This document shows positions 12,252-22,895 of a DNA stretch of 64,000 nt, piece by piece (within the stretch, counting starts at the first letter, position 1; each line of letters opens with the position of its first letter). Source of the DNA: Schmidtea polychroa (lineage: Eukaryota); NCBI GenBank assembly GCA_044892525.1, contig CM097888.1, positions 12,028,001-12,092,000 on the forward strand. The letters are read 5' to 3'. The notes below the pieces were generated by a model. The model worked only from the letters and a program-made list of their open reading frames with translations. It did not search any database and was not told where the DNA came from. A program made the position numbers and the translations under genes.

Positions 12252-13060
12252 CACCAAACATCACTGAGAACCGTTTCCTATAATATAACAAAAAAATAAA
12301 TGATCTTACATTATAGAAACATAAAAACATACATGTTACACTATAGAAATCTAAAATGTGGAAGAAAAATTAAAAACTGCACACAAGCAAAACATATACT
12401 AAAAACACATACAAACTTTTGATTCATAGAAATGCACCGCTTAGATACGTTTCTATAACTTTATTTTAGAAAAAAAAAGATCGCTGCAAATTTTTAAAAA
12501 TATATTTTTAATGAAATTATCAAGAGCAGATGAATTTGGTTCAATGTCTTTTCAATCCAGATTTGATTTCATGAAAGAAGCCCCTCAAATTGAGCTCAGA
12601 AAAAAAATTACAAAAATTAAAAAAGTTATTTTATTCATATTCGTCGATTTTTCCCAAAATGTTTTAGAAAAATACATATTTTTGGTGATTGATTTATTTA
12701 TTTAATTATAATTAAAAATATATCTGACTCCCATTTTTTTGAAATAATTCCAAAATACATAAAGATAAATGTCATAAAATTCCTAAAAACATGAAAATTA
12801 ATTAAAAATAATTTATAATTATACTGTTGATTAAAAGTAATATTTAAGAACTTGAATAATGATCTCATATCTATATGGATCAAAATTCAAGTCTTAAAAT
12901 TTACTTAAAGTTTAACATCTTACCTGAAAGTCATTTGTAAAATGGCTAAAATAAATTTTCAAAATATGATGAGAAATCATGATTCATTAAATTGGTGAGT
13001 GAGCAATTGCTCTACATGTCAACCACGACAATTAAGAATGTATCTCAGTGGTGTTTGGTG
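12252..13060 (-). mobile_element. Non-autonomous TIR element L (Tc1/mariner-like, TA-flanked) carrying a miRNA-like hairpin
   Basis: 18-bp TIRs CACCAAACATCACTGAGA (12252) and TCTCAGTGGTGTTTGGTG (ends 13060), 1 mismatch, with TA on both sides (12250-51, 13061-62). The interior is homologous to element R in inverted orientation. Confidence 0.65.
12837..12906 (-). ncRNA. bantam: bantam/miR-80-family-like pre-miRNA hairpin, copy 1 (predicted mature 12868-12847)
   Basis: Minus strand reads AGTAAATTTTAAGACTTGAATTTTGATCCATATAGATA-TGAGATCATTATTCAAGTTCTT-AAATATTACT, a ~30-bp imperfect stem. The 3' arm begins UGAGAUCAUU (bantam seed GAGAUCA). It lies 18 nt downstream of a CAG/GTAAG donor at 12924. Confidence 0.7.
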
Positions 13061-13064
13061 TATA

Positions 13065-14052
13065 CACCTAACCGCGAAAGTTAACATTGTCTATAATATA
13101 CGTTGGTGTACACACCAGCTGAGGTGAGTCACCAATTATATGACAATGTTAACTTAATTTCATTTATTCAATTTTCCAAAATTCGTTTAAAGGTAAGTTT
13201 TTGAATTAAAGTAATTTTTAGGACTTGAATTTTGATTTTATATTATTATGAGATCATTATTCAAGTTCTTAAATATTACTGTTAGTCAGCATTTATAATA
13301 TTGATAATATATAACATTGATAATTAAATTTCAGGTGTTTTTTTAGGAATTTTATGGTATTTTATTTGGATTTATTTGGATTTATTTGGATTTATTTCGT
13401 AAAAATGTAAGTTAGATATTTTTATAATTATAAATAAGTAAAGTAATCACTAAACATTTATTTTTTAAAGACATTTAGTAAAGAATGGATAAAATATTTT
13501 TTAAGTTTTTGTAATCTTTTTTCGAATTTTGTCTATTTCTGTAATTCTATGAAAATATTAATTTGTTAAAATAATTTATTAAAATTTACGATTTGCGATT
13601 TTTTTCCTGCAAATTCAAAGATGTCGAAGGATCTTCTTCAATATCTGTAAATCTAAAGAAATTTTATATTCTAAATTATTTTTTAATTAAATCTTACGAT
13701 TTATTTACTTCTTTTTCCCTAAAGCTCAACGTAGAGCAGTCGGAATCTGATTCAAAAGTTTTTTTTTACATAATTTTTTAAATAATTTAAAAATATTGAT
13801 ATGTTAATTATATGTTAATCAATCTGAATTTCGCATGAAAAACACTTTACTTAATTTTGTATGTATTTTTCATTATGTGTGCTGTGCTTGTATGCTTTAT
13901 TATTTTCTCTCACTTTTTAGATTCCTATAATAAATATGTTAAATTTCGCGGCATTAAATTTCTACACACAGGTAAGTTTTGGTGTTCCTATAATATATAT
14001 TTATTGATTTTTTTTTTAGATTATAGATAATGTTATATTTCGCGGTTAGGTG
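13065..14052 (+). mobile_element. Non-autonomous TIR element R (Tc1/mariner-like, TA-flanked) carrying a miRNA-like hairpin
   Basis: 33-bp TIRs at 13065-13097 (CACCTAACCGCGAAAGTTAACATTGTCTATAAT) and 14020-14052, 3 mismatches, with TA on both sides (13063-64, 14053-54). Partial TIR copies occur internally at 13142-13155 and about 13944. Confidence 0.7.
13210..13280 (+). ncRNA. bantam: bantam/miR-80-family-like pre-miRNA hairpin, copy 2 (predicted mature 13249-13270)
   Basis: AGTAATTTTTAGGACTTGAATTTTGATTTTATATTATTA-TGAGATCATTATTCAAGTTCTT-AAATATTACT forms a ~33-bp imperfect stem with a 4-nt loop and ~10 bp of lower stem below the 22-mer. The 22-mer is identical to copy 1. It lies 17 nt downstream of an AAG/GTAAG donor at 13193. 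Confidence 0.72.
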
Positions 14053-14699
14053 TATATAATTATTCCGACCAAACAGGTGGGAGTATGATTCCATTGATCG
14101 ATGATCAGACTTGTTTTACTTCAAATATACAACAGAAATTTTCCTTTCTTTTTTATTCAATTTTTGTTTTAATATAATTTTACTTCCATTTTTGTTTATT
14201 ATTTTTATTTGTTTGTTTATTAAAAGATTTTTAATTAAAATTTGTTTACTTGATATTTTATTAGGATTTTAAATAAACTTGCGATTTTCGTGCTACGTGG
14301 CTTGCTCTGACATCACATAAAAATCTTAATTAATTTTACAATAATTTATTGGCCTTCTGGTCTAACAATATTGAGCACTATTCCGTGGAACTACGGAAAA
14401 ATTGATGGCACATACTCAATGTAATGCAAAATTTGGAAGTTTCAGAACGGTAACAATTACGTTGATTTACGAGCAAATGAGAGATTACTGTGAAATGACG
14501 TTGCTCAAGAAAATTACAGGATTTGTTTCACTTTACTGTTGTAAAATTCCTTTCCCAAAGAAAAATGATGAATTTGATAATACAAGTATTTTACCAAAAT
14601 TTGTTTTTCGTTTGTTTGAGTTTTTATTTGAAACATTCACTGTATTCTTTCTTGTGTTCTGGTATGATTGTTGTGTTTTTGTTGGGGGGTTGTGAAAGA

Positions 14700-16300
14700 C
14701 TTTGTTGGTTTGAATTTCGTTGTTAGAAATGTTGTGTGTTGTTTGAATGTTATATTGATATGGTTTTAATCTGCGAATTTTTCTGCTTTTTTTCTGTTTA
14801 TTAATAGTGTATCCACATTTTTGTTTAGATCGATTAGTTTGTAGGAGCCTTCGTATCTTGATTCGAAACCGCTAGTGTAAGGTTTTGTTATTAGTACCGT
14901 ATCAACGATTATGTTTGGTTGTAACTTTTGTTGTCTTTGTTTTTTAGCAGTGTTTTTGGTACGTTTAGATTGGTTTTTATTTTGTCAACAAGCATTTTGT
15001 TTGTGTTTTAAACTTTTCTATTAGATATGGGAGGTTTGTTGAATGTCTGAAAGTTAATTGGCTTGGGATTTTATTATTTATTGATGAAGAGTTATTTCTT
15101 AATTCGATTAGGATTTTTGGAAGTTTGTCTAACCAGTTTCTGTCACTGGCTTTAGTTCTAATTACTTGTTTTAAAGATAAATCTATTTTACCATTCCACT
15201 GTGAGTTGTACGCTGTTGTTCTGACTTTCTGTACTTTATATTTCTCGCAGAGTTTTTTAATATACCGGATTTGAATTGTCTGACTTGGCCGCTTAATAGT
15301 GTTTGGCGCATCCATATCTTGCGAACCAATTCAGTTCTCTGTTTTCGTAAACCGTCTTGGCGGTGGTTTTTTTGATTGGTATTATTTCGAACCAGTTTGA
15401 TCATTGTTAGTAAGTATTTGTAATTGTTGTTAAGTGGGAGCACTCCTACTATATCCACGTGAACGGTTTCGAATGGTTTTGCCTTTGGGAATTCAACTTT
15501 TGTTTTTGTAAATCTTTTTGTTGTTTTGTTTTTTCTGGCTTCTGAAATGATTGTATTGCTTCTATCTTAGTATTATCTGTTTATATGCCGTCTTTATTTA
15601 TTGTGTGCCCCAGAAACATCACTTCTTTCCTAAATATTTAACATTTTTCGGGGTTCAATCTTAGTCCTGCTGTTGAGATGTTCCCTAGAACTCTTCCAGA
15701 TACTTTATAGTGTTCTTCTTCTGTCTTTGTGAATATTAGTATGTCGTCTAAATATACCATCATCCCATCTTACCACAAATCTTTCAATACTTTCGTCATT
15801 AATTCTTGAAATGTTTCTGGTGCCGCTGCAATACCGAACGGCATCCGGTTAAAACAGAACTGTCCTTCTTTTGTTGAGAATGCTGTTTTCTCTTGAGATT
15901 CTTTATCCAACTTCACTTGGTAATAAGCATTTCCCAAGTCAATCAAGCTAAAATATCTGGATCCGTGTAAGATGTCTAAAATTTTTTCTACATTTGGCAT
16001 TGGAAATGCTTGTCTTTCTGTTATCTTGTTTAATTATCTGAAGTCTAGACAAAGCCTGATGTCTTTTTTCTCTTTCTTCCATACACAAACTAAAGGTGTG
16101 TTCCACGGTGAATTACACTTTATAATTATTCCGTTGTTTTCTAGATTTTTTATTGCTTCCTCAATCTTGTCTTCCAAATTTATTGGTTGACGTCTCGGTT
16201 TAATCATTATTGGCTCTCCTTTTGTGATGATCTTATGTTTAATCAGATTGGTACACCCAATATCCCATTTATCTGCCATGAAAACGTTCTTGTTTGCCTG
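14700..16300 (-). pseudogene. Degraded, internally deleted Ty3/gypsy pol (RT plus integrase fragments)
   Basis: RT fragments ADKWD..KPRRQP..SPWNTPLVCV..LCLDFR*LN..DLGNAYYQV..RMPFG..VYLDDIL are closely related to the RT at 29600-30300. They join directly to integrase fragments (FETVHVDIVGVLP; TTAYNSQWNGKI; RYEGSYKL). Many stops and frameshifts. Confidence 0.85.
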
Positions 16301-16379
16301 AAAAAAAAATTTACCTCTCTGTATTTTTGTTCCACAGAGCTCCTTTGCAATTATTGAGAATTTAAACCATTGTTCATTA

Positions 16380-16481
16380 AATTTATTAAAAAGAGAGTTT
16401 GAAGACTATAAATCAGTAATATATCGATGTTTATTGATATATTACTGATTTATAGTCTTCAAACTCTCTTTTTAATAAATT
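16380..16481. repeat. Palindromic mini-element, copy 1 (46-bp arms, 10-nt loop)
   Basis: AATTTATTAAAAAGAGAGTTTGAAGACTATAAATCAGTAATATATC, loop GATGTTTATT, then the exact reverse complement. Related copies at 53054-53107 and 58900-58992. Confidence 0.9.
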
Positions 16482-16937
16482 CAATGGAAAAAATAATCAT
16501 TGGTGAAATTCGAAGAAAAAAAAGTTGCGACTTTCCTTTTGAATAGTGCTTGAGCTCTTGCTAGGTTACGAATTCCCCATAATTCATTTGGGTTCACTCC
16601 ACTGTGTAGCAATTCATTTTGGAAATCATGACCCACTTCATAACAGCAATTTACTACCACTTTGATATATTAATGATAATCAACGAAAAGTTAATAAATG
16701 ATGTTCCACTGTCTCAGAAAGTTGAGTANNNNNNNNNNNNNNNNNNNNNNNNNNNNNNNNNNNNNNNNNNNNNNNNNNNNNNNNNNNNNNNNNNNNNNNN
16801 NNNNNNNNNNNNNNNNNNNNNNNNNNNNNNNNNNNNNNNNNNNNNNNNNNNNNNNNNNTAATTTTAGGAAAATAACGTTTGGCAAAAATATATACTATAT
16901 ATACATAATATATAAAATATACATACATATATATATA

Positions 16938-19900
16938 CAGCGGCGGCTCTAGCATTAGTAGCGCCCCGATGCGAAACTAATTTTAGACGCCCATTTATTT
17001 TATTGGTTTTTTGGAATTAACGTAATTTAATTTGCAATATTAAATTTGTAATAAAAACATTAAAAAATTAATAATAATTCTTTTCCAAGTGAAATACAGG
17101 TTTTATTTTGTTTATATATTTTTTTATTTTATTGAAACAATATTATAATATACAAAAATTACATAACATACATATATTTTGTATAAAAATTGACAAAACT
17201 ATTATTCTAGATATTTACTTTTCTAGCTTTTAAACTGGCAAATTCATCAATTAAATTATGTATATCTAATTTGTCGCATATATCACTTTCAATCGATATC
17301 ATTGCTAAACCAACTAATCTTTCTTGTGAAATTGTTGATCTTAAATAATTTTTAATTAGTTTAAGCTTCGAAAAAGATCGTTCTCCGCTAGCAACTGAAA
17401 CTGGTAAAGTTAAAAATATTTTAATAGCAATTACAAAATTGGGAAAAATGGAATCCAGTAGATTTTTATATATATATATATATATATTGCAAGACGTTTA
17501 GTGGGTTTTCAAAGTCTTTCAAAAATTCCTTTGCTATTTTTATTTCATTAAATAATTCTGTTGCAGATATATCTTTTTTCTCGCCATCGGTTAGCATTTT
17601 TTCTAAATCAGAACAATGTTTTTTTAATGTATTATCATCCATTTTGTTAATTTCTTTTATATTATGTATAAATTCAAATTTTTCACTATATTTTGTGAAA
17701 AGATTAAACCTTTCTTTTAAAGAATTGATAGTAATATCTAAAATTGGCAGAAAAAATGATATTTTATATTTAAGTATCGGATCAACTGGCGTTTCGTCTA
17801 CAGATTCATAACCAAAAATTTTTTTCTTTCTTCTTCGTAACGTATTATCTTTGAATTTCGCAGGTATTTCTAAATCAGCTGCTATATTGTCTGCCGTTTG
17901 AAGAATAAGACTAAAATTTTCATCGGATCTATATTCTTCAATAAATTTAATAAGACTATTTAACGCAACTGAAGAAACATTTAAGTTTTGATTTGGATTT
18001 TGGAGCAGTTTACTAACAACGTTAACTTTACTTAAAACATCGTACCAAATAACCACTGAACATATAAATTCATACTCTTTTATTTTGAAAGCCACAGCCT
18101 TAGCTTCATGCTTTGTATTATTATCTATTTCTAGGTTTTCATAAATGTCAACTAAAGCATCTAAAATTTCAGCTATTTAAAACCTAAGTGGACGAAGGGC
18201 ATCGACTCTTGATTCCCACCTGGTGGCTGACAAAGGTTTTACTGTAATTTTAGTATTTTTTTTAAGAACTCCCATCGTTTTGTTGAAGCGCTAAAGAAAT
18301 TATAAATTGTTTGAATAGTGGAAAAGAAACTAAATGATTCTGTGTTAATTTTGGCTGCATCATTCACTACTAAATTAAGTGTATGTGCAGCACATGGGAC
18401 GAAAAATGCACGAGAATTCAAATTTAAAATACGTTTTTGAACCCCATTATTTTTCCCATGCATATTTGCGCCATTATCGTAACCTTGTCCACGTAGATCA
18501 TTAATATTCAAACCTAAATCTTTAATGTTGTCAATAAGATAAGTTGCTAAACCTTTTCCTGTGGAGTCAGATACTTTTAAAAATCCCAAAAAATGTTCGC
18601 TTATTGCAACTTCATTATTTTCATCTTTATTGACAAATCTGGCTATAAATGTCATTTGTTCGTTATGACTAATATCAGGAGTGCAATCTAATATTAGAGA
18701 AAAGTATTTGGCATTAATTATCATTTGAATAATATTTTGCAAAATTTTCGAAGAGATCAACGATATTATTTCATTTTGTATAGTTTTGCCTAAATAATGA
18801 ACTGTTTGTGTCTCCTTTTTTTGTATCTTTGCTAAATGATTTGCTATTACTATGTCAAATTTAGAAAAAAGTTCTACAAATTTTAAAAAGTTACCGTTAT
18901 TTTTTTCATAGATAGTATCTGACGAGCCACGCAGAGACAGGCATTGTCTGGTAAGATATTTTATGATTTTGACAATTCTCTCCAAAACAGCGTACCAATG
19001 TTTCTTTTCAACTGCGTATACTTTTACGAGTTCAGCATCTATTGTAGTTAAGTTGTTCATTTTCTTTTTTAATTGAGTCCACTTTAAAAAACAATTAACA
19101 TGTAATGTACTAACTTCATGAGCTGCAAGTGTTTTTGACAAATTTCTCCAGCAACTAAAACCATTTATAATCAAATGCTGGTTTCCTTCTATTTGATTTA
19201 TAAACAATTTACAACAAAAACAGAAAACACGGTTTGCTGAACTTGAATAAACTAACCATGATCTTGGTATAATTTCATTATTAGGTAATTTACGATTGTA
19301 ATAATAATTAGTAAAACTTCGTCCATCATCATCACGGGGATAAACTTCTTTCCTTATTTGCATTGGTCCTTGCTCAATAATAATTTTTCTAATTTTATCA
19401 TTAATAAATTTAGGCCAAGTTGCGGGATCAATTGAATGAAAATCAGCACTATTACTTATAGTTTCAGTTAAATGTATGGTTTGAAGCTCTTTGTTAGATG
19501 AAGATGTTATTTCTGTTTGTAAATTTATAGATTGTGTCTCATTAGTGGCATTATTTCTAACTTCACCATTTGTGCTATCATCTGGAATAATCTGATCATC
19601 CGTTAACGTTATTGTAGGTATTGTCAAATTTGCTTTTTTTAAATATTGGTTAAGGCTTCCCTGATTTTTTTGTTCCTCCAACTCTCTCTTCGCCTTTCGT
19701 TTTCGATTTTCACACCCGGATAATTTTGTCTTTGAATTCATATTTTATGATATAGGTAAGCTAATAAAAATTTTTTAATTAAAAAAATATAAATTTTAGA
19801 AGTAAAGATAAAAATAATTAAATAATACCTACCACCGTACAATGATTCAATTCCGCAAAATAACTAATGTACTGAAACAAAACACTTTTTTACTATTAAA

Positions 19901-20334
19901 CTGTACTGAACACTTTTTTATTTTACTATTAAAATTTTAATATTAAATTTTTTTTTATTAGCGAAAAAAGTTTACCAAATAACAACTGAACTGATTGAAA
20001 ACTGAATAGAACTGGTAGACTTTTAAAATAATTTTTTTTAGCATTAATTTTTTTAATCGAAATAACTAAACCGAATATAGCAGGCCGTTTCAAAATAAAT
20101 CTATGCATGTATAATTTATTTTGTTTTGCGAAATAATTAAACAATTCTTAAACACTTCGAAAACTAGTAGGCCAGTAGTTTTTCAAGGAAATTTTATTTA
20201 AAAAAAAAAATTCTTATTAAAAAAAAATGGTTTTTTTGTTAAATATTAAAAAGAAACTAAAATTCTAAATTTTATAGCGCCCTTTCCGAGAGGCGCCCCG
20301 ATGCTTTGCATCCACCGCTTCCAACTAAAGCCGG
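16938..20334 (-). mobile_element. hAT DNA transposon, copy 2 (inverted, ~99% identical to copy 1; the last few TIR bases fall in the gap)
   Basis: Begins CAGCGGCGGCTCTAG at 16938. The reverse complement matches 1904-5303 end to end. The left flank is TA-rich. Confidence 0.95.
17207..19741 (-). pseudogene. hAT transposase, disrupted (copy 2)
   Basis: Same protein as 2505-5034 with few substitutions (E/D, N/D, A/T, I/K). It shares the PLRF* stop and has different homopolymer and (TA)n frameshifts. Confidence 0.92.
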
Positions 20335-20609
20335 NNNNNNNNNNNNNNNNNNNNNNNNNNNNNNNNNNNNNNNNNNNNNNNNNNNNNNNNNNNNNNNNNN
20401 NNNNNNNNNNNNNNNNNNNNNNNNNNNNNNNNNNNNNNNNNNNNNNNNNNNNNNNNNNNNNNNNNNNNNNNNNNNNNNNNNNNNNNNNNNNNNNNNNNNN
20501 NNNNNNNNNNNNTAAAAATATAACCACCTTTCCCCCTAAAGACCCCAAGTTGTATAATAACAAGATTGCTAGTCGTCCTATAATCCTAAAAATTTTTATA
20601 ATTTTGCAT

Positions 20610-20722
20610 GTGTTATTATTATTATTACCCTAGTGCTATTATTATTACTACGATTATTATTATCATTATTATTATTATTACTATTATTATTATTACTGCT
20701 ATCAATGTTATTATTATTATTA
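20610..20722. repeat. Degenerate (ATT)n microsatellite
   Basis: TTATTATTATT tract with interruptions. Confidence 0.9.
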
Positions 20723-20960
20723 TAAATAGAATAAAAAAGCATAAGAGTGAATGAATAAAAAAGAGAACAAAATAACTTAACAAAATAGGAACTTTTATTG
20801 TGCAAATTGTTCGTTTTGAGAGCCGATAAAATTCCAATAATGAATGGAAATTCACCTTTTCCTGAAAAGTTTACTAAGTAATTTATACCCGTGTGCTCCG
20901 ACTAGTATTTCTATTTTGGGTTTAAAATCGATTTCAGTTGTAAACTTTCCGTTCGAATAT

Positions 20961-21225
20961 TTAAAAATAAGCCTCTCTACAATCTACTAAAATAGCCACA
21001 GCGAGTGACCAGAACCTAAAAAAGGGAACAATTCCTGCTAACTTGTACCTGAAAAATTAGTGAAAATAAATGTAACAATATAAATTACCAAACTGAACGA
21101 GTATAAATGTGGATTGTGCCGCTGCTGACTGCCGCAACTGAGGAAGAAGCAAGCATTTCGAAAACAAAGTTCGATGCTAGTGCTTCTTTCTCAGCGAGGT
21201 CGCATACAGTGGCAATTTCATACAT
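20961..21225 (-). CDS. Possible small two-exon orphan ORF (74 aa)
   Basis: Exon 21225-21089, a 40-nt GTAATT..TTTCAG intron (21088-21049) of the host's typical size, and exon 21048-20961. Spliced in frame: MYEIATVCDLAEKEALASNFVFEMLASSSVAAVSSGTIHIYTRSVWYKLAGIVPFFRFWSLAVAILVDCREAYF*. No recognised family. Confidence 0.3.
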
Positions 21226-21335
21226 AATTACTTAAAAATTTAATTCCTAAATAAATATAAAAATTTAAATTCACCGCTTTGAGGTGATAAGTAAATGACT
21301 ATCACGTCATCATTTAAAACAAATATTTAATAATA

Positions 21336-21469
21336 TAACTTAATTTATTAATTTAAGTTAAAGATTTATTACTTTAATTTATTATAAAATTTTAATTTTT
21401 CACTAACTTAATTTATTAATTTGGGTTAAAGATTTATTACTTTAATTTATTATAAAATTTTAATTTTTC
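21336..21469. repeat. Tandem duplication, period 68 bp
   Basis: TAACTTAATTTATTAATTT..GTTAAAGATTTATTACTTTAATTTATTATAAAATTTTAATTTTTC occurs at 21336 and 21404. Confidence 0.85.
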
Positions 21470-22895
21470 CGATGGAATATTAGTTTTAGGCTAAATTAAT
21501 ATAAGATTAAAATTTAGACTAGTTGCAAATTTTCGTGGAATGGTGTGATAAGGCGGTCTAGGTAGCTTGTCGGGATAGGTTGACAGAGTGGACCAGACGC
21601 GATGAGCATTTAAACCATAATTAAGTAGGGCAATGGACAACTTTAGGTAACGAATCTCATTTAGATGTCAGACGCAAGGAGATCCAACGAAGACGGAAAA
21701 GTTGGCCCATCTTCAGGGAAGGTAGGACAGATTGACCCATGAATAATGATGATTTATACGAATGGTGGGGTGAGCTGACACTGTGGAAGAATACAAGACA
21801 CGTTAACGGGTTATCGGGAGCACTATCCGACGACAGGGACCATGTAAAGCGGACATAAACCTTCTAACGGTAGTCCGTGAACCCCAGTGGGTGCTAGACA
21901 ATTATAGTATGTTAAACGTGCTCACTTTTTGCTAGTACCCAAACCCTTGATACAGTACCAACGTTGATTGCTCAACGGGTATCAAGTGGTCAGCTATAAA
22001 TTGTATTCTGGGTTACGCTGGAAACAGCACTAAAGAGCAAAATATTTGATCATCAGTAACCCACCAAAAATATAAAAGGAACAAGAGAAAATGGGTGGAA
22101 TACCTTCTACAATAGACCATTAGGCCATAAGCAGTTCTCATCTTTTGGCGACATCCACCCGCTAAATTGCAATACCGTCACATGAGGCGGGTGTTTAGTG
22201 GCCGACTAAAATAATTATACGAGGTTGCCAGGGGATGTAATATAGCGAAAGTTTTGAACAGATAAACCGCTAGGAGTGAAAGATTTTCCGCACACCTAAC
22301 CCACTAGCTTTTTGGTGGTAGTCAAGTTTAGTGGTTTTAGTCAACGATCACAACCTTACCTTTTTTAGGTTAGTCCGTGTAACTAAATGCTTGTCCGTGC
22401 ATCAACAGTCCTTGAAATTGGGTTCACCTTTGGTTGATTGTCACTCACTTAAATTCAGTACCAACATCGTATGTGAGGGTCATTTAGCTATAATCAATAG
22501 TAATTCGGAGTTACGAATGGAAGACGGTGAGATATGGATAAAGACAGGGTAGCAAGAATATAAATGAGTACAGGCGTATTATTTTCTCCCCACTTAACCC
22601 ACAACTAGCAATACCTAAAATTTCGGGGATTTGATAATTCTGCTATAACTGATTAATGATTCAACTTAAGATTTTGTAAGAAAATGAAAGAGTAAATTAT
22701 TTTAGAAATAAAATTATATTTTTAGAAAATTTTTAGGTACTATAAAATGTGAAACCTTTTAAATAAAATTAAAGTGTTTTAAAAAAAGTATTTATATATA
22801 CAAATTGCAACATATATTTACAAATAAATATCCGCTAATTTTTGAAATTGAAAATAGATTTGTTTAAATCATTAAATACATAATTATTTGTGAAA

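Noticed and set aside
13150-13280. Spliced-leader RNA interpretation of AG/GTAAG followed by an Sm-like GAATTTTGA
   Set aside because: The Sm-like motif is base-paired within the long stem, the sequences upstream of the two donors are not conserved as a leader should be, and the invariant part is the bantam-seed arm.
21560-21740. rRNA or RNase P-like words (GGTTGACAGA, GGACAGATTGA, GGGAAGGT)
   Set aside because: Only 8-11-nt matches, with no colinear conserved rRNA or RNase P core.
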